64,000 nt of DNA from Calditrichia bacterium (GCA_963796965.1 CAWCNS010000005.1:1088001-1152000), one strand, 5' to 3'; shown: positions 43,853 to 54,964, numbered from the stretch's first letter. A program made the numbers and translations. Notes: generated by a model not told the origin, from the sequence alone.

Positions 43853-46741
43853 ATGGACAGGCAATTCTTCTCTCATTTATTAATCACTACACTATTTTTT
43901 TTATGCCTTCAGATTGTCTATTCACAACCGGTTAGCCAAGATAAAGCAGCTGATATTGCTACTCAATTTATTGAATCAATACAATCTGTTGAGGCGCCCC
44001 TTTTAAGAAAAAGTGCCGAATACCAGGTATCAACGATATTTCCACTTTTAGATCCTGAAAATGGAACGCAACTTGGCTATCTTGTTCATTTGCAGCCCAA
44101 GGGCTTTATGATACTTTCTGCCTGGACTGATGGTGATCCCTTCGTCAGCTATTCATTGAATGATAACTGGCAGGAGAATTCGGCCGGGGAATCCGTCTAC
44201 ACACAATTAATATATTCTGATCTGCGATCCCGGCAACAGCAGTTTACAGATGATTCATTGGAAGAAGACAAGAAAATGATATCCGTCCTAACCAAAGAAG
44301 AAGCTTTTTATCAATGGCCTGAACCGGGCACTTCAAATACCGGCGGTTGGGTGGTAACCAAATGGCGGCAAGGCTATCCCTATAATCAGTTTTGCCCGCT
44401 AGATACTCAGGTTTATCCCCCCAGACATAGCGCCGTTGGTTGTATTGCCATCGCCATGGCCCAAGTGATTAATTTTCATCATTATATTGGCGGATTACAG
44501 TTTGATTTCACTGATAGATACACTTATAAGTATTTACAAATCAATTTTGATTCCGACAGTGCTAGATATAATTTCCCGGGATTTGGAGAACTAAATCGCT
44601 ACCTGCGGAGTATTGACAATAAGTATAAAAATGCTATCACCCTCAACGATATGGAAAGGGCAGCTTTGTGTTTTGCCACAGGCATCGTTGTAAAAATGGG
44701 TTATACAAGTACCAGTTCAACCATCATAAGCGGAGATTGCAGAAATACGGCTCCGCCTCTAATAAATAAATTTAACTACAATAATGCGGATTATTCTCTG
44801 GCAAATAAAACAAGTTTTGAAGATGATCTAATAGACAATCTCATGAATGGCTTACCTGCTGTGATCTATTTGTACGATCATGCCGTTGTAGCTGATGGAT
44901 ATAACACAAAAGGGCTTTTTCATCTGAATTTTGGATTAAACGAGGGTAATCCCAAATCAATTTCTGAGGTCTGGTTTAAACCGGATGGTTCAAGCCTCCC
45001 TGATAGGCCTACCGAATTTAAAAGCGGCATTATCAACATCAAACCGTTTCCGGATGCCTATGATCTGAACCTAATCGCCAGCTCAAACCATATACAAATC
45101 CCCTGTACAAAAATTGGTCAGATCTCCTCTGATCAAACCCTTCTGATAACAAATGAAGGGGCTGTTCCATTCTTTGTTGAAGATATACTTATTTCTGAAA
45201 ATTTTAAAGTATCATTTTGCACCGACCAATATAATTTTAAGGATCGCCTAATTTTGCTGAAACCACAAGAAACCCTTGAATTAAAAATTCATTTCAGACC
45301 TGACAAGGTGGGTAAATTTACCGGACTAATGCAGATATTAGTTTATCATGAAAAACAATGGGGGCATCTCAACATTGATCTCTGTGGGTATGGAGTTGAG
45401 GAGACTGGAACCACTATCACAGATTCTGAAATATCCGGTTTTATTTCTTCACAGGGATCACCTTATTATATCTGTAATAATATTAGGGTGTTGGATGGAA
45501 AACGATTAGAGATTGAACCGGGAACTTCCTTTCTGTTTACCGGTCCTTATTCATTTACGGTCGGAAGTAATTCCCGTTTAATCGCCAGAGGAACTGAGGA
45601 AGATTCGATTTATTTTTCCACTCTTTATGATCAGAGTAGATGGAATGGAATACAAATTAAAAATTCCGGTTACGACGATACCCTCTCCTATTGTGTAGTG
45701 GAAAATGTCTCTTCCAAATTAACATTGCAGGGAGGCCAGGCACCTATCTACCTTTATAGGTCAAGCCCCAATATTTCCCATTCGGTTATCCAGCACAATC
45801 AATCCCAATTCCGTGCTGCGGTTTATTTATATAAATCTTCAGCAGAAATAAGTCAATGTGTTTTGAGAGACAATACCTGCACAACCCCTGATGGAGGAGG
45901 AGCCCTCTATGTGAATGATTCATCTCCCAATCTCGATAATCTTCTTATCATTAGAAATCATGCCGTGAAGGGTGGTGCCATCTATAGTTATAAATCATCG
46001 CTTATTTTAAATAATCTGACAATCACAGAGAACACGGCTCAAAAAGATGGTGGTGCGATCTTTCTTGCCGCCGGCAATTATTTGGAAATATATAACACGA
46101 TTATCTGGCATAATCGGGCCTATCTCCTCCCAACAGAAGTATTGAATAAAAAGTCATCAGCGGATACTATATACATTCAATATTCGGATATTGATACCTT
46201 GTTCTGGGATTGGATTGGCGGCACCTCTATTCAAGACGCGCAATACGCTTTTGAGAATGGTGAAGGTAATTCCAGTGATGACCCCTTATTTAACAATCCA
46301 TTACAAAATGATTATTCTCTCCAAAAAGAGTCTCCCTGTATCGATAAAGGTCGCCCCTTTGACGACTATAATTTAGAGCCACAGCCCAATGGAGATCGGA
46401 TTAACATGGGGGCATACGGGGGTACTGGTAAAGCAACCAGCAGGGGAATTGTTTCCATTATCGAAAAGATAACTCCTAATGCCATCCACTTAGATCAAAA
46501 TTATCCTAATCCATTCAATCCCATTACAACGATCAGATATCAATTACCAATATCCAGTGATGTGGATCTAAGTATCTTTAACATTCTTGGGCAAAAAGTA
46601 GTTACTCTCGTTAAGGAAAGACAAGCGGCAGGAAAATACGATATTGATTGGAATGCCTCGGAATTTAGTAGCGGCACATATTTTTATCTATTAGTAGTGG
46701 GTAAGTATCGGGAAGTGAAAAAAATGGTCCTAATTCGATAG
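43853..46741 (+). CDS. secreted peptidase C10 (streptopain-like) with prodomain, Ig-like domain, beta-helix and C-terminal sorting domain
   Basis: AAGGAGG RBS; KWRQGYPYNQFCP, AVGCIAIAMAQ (Cys), HAVVADGY..FHLNFG (His); GGA-rich beta-helix repeats; QNYPNPFNP..KKMVLIR CTD. Confidence 0.88.
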   Translation: MDRQFFSHLLITTLFFLCLQIVYSQPVSQDKAADIATQFIESIQSVEAPLLRKSAEYQVSTIFPLLDPENGTQLGYLVHLQPKGFMILSAWTDGDPFVSYSLNDNWQENSAGESVYTQLIYSDLRSRQQQFTDDSLEEDKKMISVLTKEEAFYQWPEPGTSNTGGWVVTKWRQGYPYNQFCPLDTQVYPPRHSAVGCIAIAMAQVINFHHYIGGLQFDFTDRYTYKYLQINFDSDSARYNFPGFGELNRYLRSIDNKYKNAITLNDMERAALCFATGIVVKMGYTSTSSTIISGDCRNTAPPLINKFNYNNADYSLANKTSFEDDLIDNLMNGLPAVIYLYDHAVVADGYNTKGLFHLNFGLNEGNPKSISEVWFKPDGSSLPDRPTEFKSGIINIKPFPDAYDLNLIASSNHIQIPCTKIGQISSDQTLLITNEGAVPFFVEDILISENFKVSFCTDQYNFKDRLILLKPQETLELKIHFRPDKVGKFTGLMQILVYHEKQWGHLNIDLCGYGVEETGTTITDSEISGFISSQGSPYYICNNIRVLDGKRLEIEPGTSFLFTGPYSFTVGSNSRLIARGTEEDSIYFSTLYDQSRWNGIQIKNSGYDDTLSYCVVENVSSKLTLQGGQAPIYLYRSSPNISHSVIQHNQSQFRAAVYLYKSSAEISQCVLRDNTCTTPDGGGALYVNDSSPNLDNLLIIRNHAVKGGAIYSYKSSLILNNLTITENTAQKDGGAIFLAAGNYLEIYNTIIWHNRAYLLPTEVLNKKSSADTIYIQYSDIDTLFWDWIGGTSIQDAQYAFENGEGNSSDDPLFNNPLQNDYSLQKESPCIDKGRPFDDYNLEPQPNGDRINMGAYGGTGKATSRGIVSIIEKITPNAIHLDQNYPNPFNPITTIRYQLPISSDVDLSIFNILGQKVVTLVKERQAAGKYDIDWNASEFSSGTYFYLLVVGKYREVKKMVLIR

Positions 46742-47218
46742 TATCAAACGACTTGGGAAATTTAAAAATTTGACTGGATTAACAGGATAACACGATAAAA
46801 AACTTAGGCATAAAAGATGATTTTAGTATCACTCCCCAGAGGACTCATTTCGAGGAAGGGGCCCTAAACAGACATGGAGGACTACAAAAATTTTTACCCT
46901 AAAATCTTATAAGACGAAGAGCAGATTTTTATTGTATTTAAACTGTGATTGCGTATATTATTACACTTACAATACTGAAAATCACTTGCTCGAAGTATTT
47001 TATTGACCTCATTATAGAGACGACTTAAACACACCTTCCATTTTTAATGTGACATTATTTTTAAAGAGAATTTCTTAGTACTTAGCCTCAATATCGTATA
47101 CGACATTTTATCATATTTATAAGCGGGGCAACTGAAGCCGTCTTGTTCATACATTTTAGTGATTCTTTGATCTTTCTTGATCACTCCATATATCCACTCT
47201 TCAACAGAAGGATTCAAA

Positions 47219-47325
47219 ATGAAAACACCCTGATAATTATTTTTATCTCTTCTACATTATATGCCAAAATAATCAATGTACCGGGAGATGTGTCTTCTAT
47301 TCAAGCAGGCATAAATAATTCGTGA
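47219..47325 (+). pseudogene. truncated 5' remnant of a secreted beta-helix/CTD-type protein gene
   Basis: AAGGA RBS + ATG, signal-peptide-like stretch and KIINVPGDVSSIQAGINNS*, paralogous to TIHVPQDQRTIQAGINAA in the next gene. Confidence 0.55.
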
Positions 47326-47533
47326 AATTTGACTTGATTGGTGTAATTAGTGGAAAAAATTAGTTCACATTGACTCAATTATAAAATCATCTGAAATCTG
47401 GCCTCATACGCATCTGAATAGTTTATATGACACTCCTTTTCCTTTTGTGATGACTACGATAGTGATACATAAGATTAATGTTATCAATATTATCTTGTAC
47501 ATCTGATATACTAATCAACAAAGGGAGGTAGAA

Positions 47534-50078
47534 ATGAGTTCTAAAATGACGGCTTTGTTTTTTTCAATGGTCTTCCTGTTCGGATTAATTATGGGAACTT
47601 CAGACTCAGACGGTCTGGACTAAAAATGCTGGTAATCCGATTTTCGATTATGGATCAATGGGTACCTGGGATGCAAGGTATGTGTATGACCCGGTAGTGG
47701 AATTTGACGGTGAAACTTACCATATGTGGTACTCGGGGGTAGGAACAAATTTCACGCAGATTGGATACGCCACCTCTTCTGATGGATTATCATGGGATAG
47801 ATATGAAGGAAATCCAGTCCTGACACCCGGTACGGGCTTAACATGGGATTCTCTGGGAGTAGGTATTGGTGATATTTTAATCGAAGATGGCGTGTTTAAG
47901 ATGTGGTACTGGGCCTGGGACGGCAGCCTGATCCGTATAGGTTATGCGACCTCAGCAGATGGAATGAGTTGGACCAAACAGGGCACCAAACCAGTTCTTG
48001 ATGTGGGTGAATCCGGAAGCTGGGATCAGGATCAAATTTGGCCGGCAACAGTTATCAAGGATGGTGAAAAATATAAAATGTGGTATGGTGGATATAATAG
48101 CCTGACAGATAAAAGTGCCATTGGCCTTGCTACTTCAGATGATGGGATCATCTGGCAGAAACATGAAGCGAATCCTGTAATGGAAGCTGGTGATGAGGGT
48201 GAATGGGACGGAGATAATATTGATTATCCGAATGTACTTAAGACGGAGAATGGATACCAAATGTGGTATACGGGATTATCCTATCCGCAATCAAATATTG
48301 GCTACGCCACATCTTCCGATGGTGTGATCTGGACAAAATGTACCTATAATCCTGTATTAAAAGCTGGCGCAGGAAATGCCTGGGACAGTTATCAGTTATT
48401 TGGTGGAACGATTATGGTTGAGGAGGGAAAGTATAAGTTCTGGTATACAGGGTTATCCCTGGGAGCTTACCGGATTGGTTATGCAACAGCACCTACAACG
48501 ATACATGTTCCTCAGGATCAGAGAACCATCCAGGCCGGAATAAATGCGGCGAATGATGGTGAAATTGTTCTTGTGGATGAAGGTACCTACTACGAGAATA
48601 TCAATTTTAAAGGCAAAAAAATAACTGTGACCAGTCTGTATCTTACCGACAAAGACACCTCGCATATTTCCAAGACAATTATAGACGGTAGCCAGCATCA
48701 GAATCCCGATAGCGGCTCAGTCGTGTTAATGGTTTCTGGAGAGGACACAAACTCTGTTCTTTGCGGATTTACTATTACCGGAGGTACCGGTACAAAAACG
48801 AATTTGGAAGAGAGGGAGATTAGAATTGGTGGCGGAATAGGAATATGGAATTCTGGCGCACGAATCGAAAATAATTATATCGTATATAACCATATCAACT
48901 TTATTAAAGAAGAAGTAACCTGTCATGGTGCCGGTGTAGAAGTGGTGGGTTTAAAAGACCAGACTGTAATCATCAGGAATAACACTATTAGCTATAATAC
49001 AATTAATTCCTGGTGGGGCGGTGGTGCAGGTATTAATATGGGCACAGGAGGAATAATTTTATTCGAAAAAAATCTCGTAGCAAATAATATATATACTTCT
49101 CAAAATGCAGCAGGTGGTGGTGGATTTTATTTGTGGGGGGACAATGAATATGATGGTTCAATTATTTTAGATCAGAACCATATTCAGGGAAATAAATCTG
49201 TGGGTAGTTTACAATATACTTCTGGTTGGGGCGGAGGTTTATACATTGAGGATTGTGATCCACTATTAACCAATAATATCATTACTGGTAATACCTCCGG
49301 CGCAGGAGCCGGGGTGTATCTCTATAGATTAAGTGGAAGCCATGTAATGAGGCCTGTTCTCATAAATAATACGATCTCAGAAAATGTGGCCAACTATGGC
49401 GGTGGAATCTATAACCGATCGGCAAATTCTATCATTATCAATACTATCTTGGCTAATAATACAGCAACAAGTCATGTTCTCGGACATGACATTTTTGATA
49501 ATGCAACTAATATTATTTTGAGGAATTGTCTGGTGGAAGGTGGTTGGGAGGGAAATGAAGAAAACACTATCAATATGGATCCGCTTTTTGTCGATCCTGA
49601 AAATGGGGATTTTCAATTGACTGAATTCTCTCCTTGTGTGGGTCGTGGAATTGACACCCTGGATATTAATGGCGTCTTTTTTGCTGCTCCTTCAACCGAT
49701 TGCGATGGTCTTAAACGACCCTGTGTTTACCCAGGAGATAACCTGATCGATATTGGGGCCTATGAATCAAATTATGCTTACACCTCAATTCAATCTCAAT
49801 ATGCAAATTTACCCATATCATTTAAACTAAGCCAAAACTATCCAAATCCTTTCAACCCATCGACAATGATCAGTTATCAGTTACCAGTAATCAGCGAGGT
49901 TGAATTAAGTATTTTTAATCTGCTTGGACAAAAAGTTGTGACTTTGGTGTCTGAAAAACAGGCTGCAGGCGTTTATCAGGTTGAATGGAATGCTAAGGCT
50001 TATGCCAGTGGTGTGTATTACTATCGGTTATCCACGGATAAGTTTGTAGAAACAAAAAAGCTTATTCTATTGCGATAG
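47534..50078 (+). CDS. secreted five-bladed beta-propeller (GH43/32/130-like fold) + beta-helix + C-terminal sorting domain (frameshift near 47600)
   Basis: GGAGG RBS + signal peptide at 47534; five MWY.G..IGYATS.DG..W....NPV repeats; GGG-rich beta-helix; QNYPNPFNP CTD. Confidence 0.82.
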
Positions 50079-50087
50079 TTTTTTTTA

Positions 50088-50672
50088 ACCGCAAAGACGC
50101 AAAGAAGGCGCAAAGTTCGCAAGAAAACATATAAATAACTTTTATAATTCTAATCGTGCATAGATTTTTCATTTATCTTTTTGCACAATTATTGTAATAA
50201 ATCCTTGCGTCCTTGCGGTTATAATTTATTTACAACTCTTTTAAAGCCATTTTTCAACAAGGCAACGTTAAAATTGATAAGAAGTCCCAATTTGCATTAA
50301 GACAATTTTAAATATGTCAATAATTGGGCTATATGTATATTTGATATCTCCTCAACCGCTTTTATTTCAACTATGACTATATGATTTATCATTACATCAA
50401 CCCTATACCCCGCATCCATTTTGATGTTTTTATAAATCAATGATATAGGTTTCTGGTTACTAACAGACAAGTCAAATCCATTAAGCTCATAGATAAGACA
50501 CTCTTCATAGGCAGACTCTAACAATCCCGGACCAAGTATTTTATGTACTCTTAATGCACATTCAAAAACAATCTTAGAAATTTCATTCTCATCCATTATC
50601 ATCTCCAAATTTTTCAATCCAAAAATTATTATTTTCTTTGCGCTCCTTGCGACTTCTTTGCGTCTTTGCGGT
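50088..50672. mobile_element. putative GxxExxY cassette A bounded by perfect 20-bp inverted repeats
   Basis: accgcaaagacgcaaagaag (50088-50107) and cttctttgcgtctttgcggt (50653-50672); third arm at 50203-50221; mobility is inferred. Confidence 0.6.
50219..50596 (-). pseudogene. GxxExxY protein (PD-(D/E)XK-like) with in-frame TAA at 50297-50299
   Basis: [70 protein letters not shown]. Confidence 0.85.
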
Positions 50673-50693
50673 AAAAAGACTTTTATTAAAACC

Positions 50694-52238
50694 TCAATAT
50701 AACCACAATTGTCGATCAAGTGTGCGATATTGAATTGCCTCAGACACATGTTCAGGCAATATTTGAGTGTTTCCAGCAAGGTCTGCAATAGTTCTGGATA
50801 CCTTTAATATCCGGTCATAAGCACGAGCTGAGAGCCCTAATTTTGTGATGGCATTTTTTAACAATTCTTGTCCGGCATCATCAACGCGACAAAATTTTCT
50901 GATATCCCGTGATTGCATATGGGCATTGCAATAGATATATCCAACTTTCTCATAACGGTTTTGCTGTATTTTTCTCGCCGTCTGGACTCTCTTTCTTAAT
51001 TCTTCCGATGACTCCCCGCAATGGTCAGATGAGAGTTGCTTATAATTCACAGCCGGTACCTCCACATGAATATCAATCCGGTCCAGAAGCGGACCCGAGA
51101 TCCGTGACATATACTTTTGGATCTGGGCACCATTACAGGAGCATTCATGTTTTGGATCAGAATAATAACCACAGGGGCAGGGATTCATCGCCGCAGCTAA
51201 TAAAAAATTTGCCGGATAGGTTAAGGTTTGACTGGCCCGTGAAATGGTTACATAGGTGTCCTCCATAGGTTGGCGCAGCACCTCCAGAACATTCTTTTTG
51301 AACTCGGGTAACTCATCCAAAAACAACACGCCATGATGTGCCAGGCTGACCTCACCAGGTCTTGGGAATTTACCCCCTCCAACAAGAGCCGCATCGCTCA
51401 CGGTATGGTGGGGCGAGCGAAAAGGTCTTGTCGCGACCAGGGCCCTACCGGGAGGAAGTAGCCCGGCCACCGAGTGGATTTTGGTGGTCTCCAATGATTC
51501 CTCTAAGGTTAGATCAGGTAGAATGGTCGGGAAGCGCTTAGCCAGCATTGTTTTACCAGACCCAGGCGGTCCTATCATGATAATATTATGACCACCGGCT
51601 GCAGCAACCTCCAAAGCGCGTTTTACATGTTCTTGTCCTTTAACATCCCTAAAATCTAAGTCATATTGCCTCTGATTTCTAAATATGCGCGTAACATCCA
51701 CCTTAAACGGCTCTATCGGGATTACATTATTGAGAAAGTTAATTGCATCTACCAAGGTCTGTACCGGATACACATTTAATCCCTCAGCAACCACAGCGGC
51801 TTCCTGAGCATTGGCGAGGGGTATTAATAACCCTTTTTTACCTTTCTTTTTCGATTCAAGTGCAATAGATAATACACCACGTACAGGCCTTAAAACGCCA
51901 TCCAGGGCTAATTCACCAAGAATGACCGTATCGTCTAACTTCTCTTCACTGATCTCTCCCCTGGCTGACAGGATACCGATGGCAATCGGCAAATCGTAAG
52001 CCGATCCGCCTTTTTTTAAATTGGCTGGTGCCAGATTGATTGTAATACGTTTATTATAGGTAAAATCAAAACCCGAATTTTTTATGGCCGATATTACCCG
52101 TTCCCGGCTTTCACGTACAGCATTATCGGGCAAACCGACAATCCCGAATGAAGGTAGATTGCCTTCCATATGAGTTTCGACTTCCACAGGATGGGCATCT
52201 ATCCCCTGCACAGCACTACTCTGAACTTTCGACAACAT
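50694..52238 (-). CDS. comM: YifB/ComM family Mg-chelatase-like AAA+ ATPase
   Basis: [74 protein letters not shown]. Confidence 0.95.
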   Translation of the reverse strand: MLSKVQSSAVQGIDAHPVEVETHMEGNLPSFGIVGLPDNAVRESRERVISAIKNSGFDFTYNKRITINLAPANLKKGGSAYDLPIAIGILSARGEISEEKLDDTVILGELALDGVLRPVRGVLSIALESKKKGKKGLLIPLANAQEAAVVAEGLNVYPVQTLVDAINFLNNVIPIEPFKVDVTRIFRNQRQYDLDFRDVKGQEHVKRALEVAAAGGHNIIMIGPPGSGKTMLAKRFPTILPDLTLEESLETTKIHSVAGLLPPGRALVATRPFRSPHHTVSDAALVGGGKFPRPGEVSLAHHGVLFLDELPEFKKNVLEVLRQPMEDTYVTISRASQTLTYPANFLLAAAMNPCPCGYYSDPKHECSCNGAQIQKYMSRISGPLLDRIDIHVEVPAVNYKQLSSDHCGESSEELRKRVQTARKIQQNRYEKVGYIYCNAHMQSRDIRKFCRVDDAGQELLKNAITKLGLSARAYDRILKVSRTIADLAGNTQILPEHVSEAIQYRTLDRQLWLY

Positions 52239-52256
52239 AATGCTTTTCCTTTTTAG

Positions 52257-52717
52257 TCTCACGCAGCGACGCAACGACGCAACGAATTGTTTCCTATAAA
52301 TTATTTACGATTCTTATAATACCATCTTTCAATAATCTTGAATTGAAGTTTATTAATAAACCAAGCTTTAATTTTGAAATTTTAAGGTAAGTTAATAACT
52401 GCTTTGAATGAACGGGTAATATAGTTTCAATTGATTTGATCTCGACAATCACTTTCTTTTCAACTATCAGATCTGCCCTAAAACCAGTCTTAAGTGTGAT
52501 ATCACCATAAGTGAGCGCAATTGCCTTTTGCTTATCAACCACCAATTTCTGTAGACAAATCTCATAAGTGAGAATTTGCTCGTAGACAGATTCGAGCAAG
52601 CCAGGACCAAGATTCCTGTGGATCCTAAAGCAACAGTCGAGAATTATCTCTGACACTTCATTTTCATGCATGCTAAATACCTTTCAATGCGCTGCGTCGT
52701 AGCGCCGCTGCGTGAGA
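52257..52717. mobile_element. putative GxxExxY cassette B bounded by 28-bp inverted repeats
   Basis: tctcacgcagcgacgcaacgacgcaacg (52257-52284) vs cgctgcgtcgtagcgccgctgcgtgaga (52690-52717): 25/28 inverted match; mobility is inferred. Confidence 0.6.
52294..52671 (-). CDS. GxxExxY protein (PD-(D/E)XK-like)
   Basis: [46 protein letters not shown]; 125 aa, intact. Confidence 0.93.
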   Translation of the reverse strand: MHENEVSEIILDCCFRIHRNLGPGLLESVYEQILTYEICLQKLVVDKQKAIALTYGDITLKTGFRADLIVEKKVIVEIKSIETILPVHSKQLLTYLKISKLKLGLLINFNSRLLKDGIIRIVNNL

Positions 52718-52769
52718 ACATTAATTATAGATTAGATTACAAAAAGTATGCCGGGAATAAGTATGCAAT

Positions 52770-52805
52770 AAAAAAGGCTCTTGATGGGAAGTCAACAAGA
52801 GCCTT
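52770..52805 (-). terminator. rho-independent terminator of the lipoprotein gene
   Basis: aaggctcttg...caagagcctt 10-bp stem with U-tract on the minus strand. Confidence 0.75.
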
Positions 52806-52828
52806 GAGGAAAATAAGGAAGGGAAATA

Positions 52829-54964
52829 TTACCAGAAATATGAGATTTCCGTTTCAAATATCAAAAAGCGGGAACTCTCTCCCGTTGTCCAGAATTGTAA
52901 ATATACACCATGTCCCATATATCTCTCATCATATTCATAACTGACTGTTGTCCAATTCTTTGTCCTATTGCCTAATTCATAGGAGAAGGGCTGACCCTCA
53001 CCTTTTTCATTGAATAATCCATAATGACAATCCTGGAAGCCCTCAATATGTATAATTTTATAAAAAGTATAGACTAATTTTTCAGCATCAACAGGTATAT
53101 CAATTAACTTTAACATCTTCAAAAATCCACCTGCTCCACTTAAAGAATAGGCATCCGATATAACCTCGGCATCCACTCTTTGCCAATCCAGATAGTTCTC
53201 AGTGCCAACCTCTTTATAAGCTTCTCTCCTTATCTTTATACGTGAACTATGTTCTTGACCGGTATCCTTTATTTCCAATTGGAATGAATCCGGAAGGCTC
53301 TCATAAATGCTGCTTTCATTTGCTACATAGAATTCCCTGCTGCCTGGGGGGATGTGGGATAAAAGATATGAACCATCCCGTGCTGATACAGCCGATATTA
53401 AGGATAGGGATCGGTCAGGATTCAAAAGCCAAATTTTCATTCCACTTAATTTAATCTCATCAATGGTGTGTATCGTTCCGGATAAGACACCTGTTAGTTC
53501 TTCACTATTTAATTCAATATTGAAAATGGTGTTCATCTCACTAATCGTTACTTTCTTATTATACTCATCAAAGCCTTCCTTGAATGCCTGCAGTTCGTAG
53601 TTCCCTTCCGCGGGTATGTAATCGATCTGATAAAAACCGTTTTCATCAGTAGACGCAGAGAGGTTATTAACTGAAACCTTTACATCGGGAATTGGAATTT
53701 TAGTATCACGATAATAGACATGACCCGAGATACTGATACCGGCAATAATGGTAATCGTGCCAGAAGTTGAAACGGAATCGTTACCATCGCTCACCGTTAG
53801 AGACACTTCCGGCATTTGACCCACTTGTGCTGTCAAAGGAAATTGCCAGAGTGTTGCAGAACTATCTGCTGAGACTAATTCCCCGGCATCAGAGGACCAC
53901 TTGAAGAGAAGATTATCGCCATCATCATCAGATGCTGTGGCTGACAATTGTACAAAGCCACCTGGTGTAACTTCCCGTGCAGATATATTAAAAGAGGTGA
54001 TAACAGGAATATTATTTATTATTTCGATAATTTCGACAGATCTGCTTACCGACACTGAATCCAATCCATCGCTTACCAAAAGGGTTATACCCGGTTTCGA
54101 ACCAACAAGGGCATCCTCTGGAATAATCCAACTGGTTTTAATTAAATTTGGAGAAAGAATAATGCCCTGCTCAGTTGACCATTTTATAAGAAGAGAGTCG
54201 CTGTTTGGATCAGAGACCTGAGCAGTAACCAAAATGGTATCACCACTAAAGACTTGAATTGACGAGAAAGAAATGGATTCAATGACAGGAGGATCATTTG
54301 CAGCCCGGGCGATTACTACAGTTACAGAGTCGGATACTGAAATTTTGCCATCTGATACAGTGACAATCGCCTTATGATTAGATCCTTGTTCAGCTGATAG
54401 AGGTAAGGTCCAATTCGTATTAGCTTGATCAGGGTTTGAAATGATACCTGAACCGGTCGTCCACTGGTAGGACAACAAATCACCATCTGCATCGGTTGCT
54501 GAAACATTAATTCTGACACTTTCACCCGCAAATACTTCGGATGAAGATACATTTAGAGAATCAATCATAGGAGGGGTATTGTCCCGGGCAATAATATCGA
54601 TTGTCTTAAATGCTGAGACAGAATCGATACCATCGGTTACAGTCAATGTGAGACGTGGTTGTGAACCTATGGCAATTGATGATGATAATATCCATAGACT
54701 TGTAGAATCTGTGGGTGACTCAAGGTTTCCACTTTCTGCCGACCACATATAAAACAAAGAATCGCCGTCGCTATCCGTCGCTGAAGCCTTAACATAAAGG
54801 GAATCACCAGGTGATACCTGATTCATTGAAAGTAAGATAGATTGAATTACAGGCTTAGAATTTTCCGAATCCCGAGGGCCATCGCCAATTTCGGGTTCGA
54901 TGGGTGTTCTTGAACAAGCCAATAGGATGAATAACAATATAAAAATATATAGATGAAGCCTCAT
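52829..54964 (-). CDS. lipoprotein with four tandem PKD/Ig-like repeats and carboxypeptidase-regulatory-like domains
   Basis: LLAC lipobox; four ~93-aa repeats (P.I.S...ATD.DGD.L.Y.W...G...TVSDG); SGHVY..IPDVKV..STDENGFY. Confidence 0.82.
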   Translation of the reverse strand: MRLHLYIFILLFILLACSRTPIEPEIGDGPRDSENSKPVIQSILLSMNQVSPGDSLYVKASATDSDGDSLFYMWSAESGNLESPTDSTSLWILSSSIAIGSQPRLTLTVTDGIDSVSAFKTIDIIARDNTPPMIDSLNVSSSEVFAGESVRINVSATDADGDLLSYQWTTGSGIISNPDQANTNWTLPLSAEQGSNHKAIVTVSDGKISVSDSVTVVIARAANDPPVIESISFSSIQVFSGDTILVTAQVSDPNSDSLLIKWSTEQGIILSPNLIKTSWIIPEDALVGSKPGITLLVSDGLDSVSVSRSVEIIEIINNIPVITSFNISAREVTPGGFVQLSATASDDDGDNLLFKWSSDAGELVSADSSATLWQFPLTAQVGQMPEVSLTVSDGNDSVSTSGTITIIAGISISGHVYYRDTKIPIPDVKVSVNNLSASTDENGFYQIDYIPAEGNYELQAFKEGFDEYNKKVTISEMNTIFNIELNSEELTGVLSGTIHTIDEIKLSGMKIWLLNPDRSLSLISAVSARDGSYLLSHIPPGSREFYVANESSIYESLPDSFQLEIKDTGQEHSSRIKIRREAYKEVGTENYLDWQRVDAEVISDAYSLSGAGGFLKMLKLIDIPVDAEKLVYTFYKIIHIEGFQDCHYGLFNEKGEGQPFSYELGNRTKNWTTVSYEYDERYMGHGVYLQFWTTGESSRFLIFETEISYFW

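Noticed and set aside
47399..47413. Second sigma54 promoter (tggcctcatacgc)
   Set aside because: GG-to-GC spacing is 8 nt rather than the required 10
50088..50221. Periodic CGCAAAG repeats as a CRISPR array
   Set aside because: Units are 8-11 nt, tandem and inverted, with no constant 25-45-bp repeat separated by unique spacers and no cas genes
50297..50299. Stop-codon recoding in GxxExxY copy A
   Set aside because: The codon is TAA, at a non-Cys position, with no SECIS; TAA is used as a normal stop throughout the window
52829..54964. Four tandem repeats in the lipoprotein as a DNA repeat array or DGR target
   Set aside because: They are diverged protein-level Ig/PKD domains; no near-identical TR/VR pair or reverse transcriptase is present
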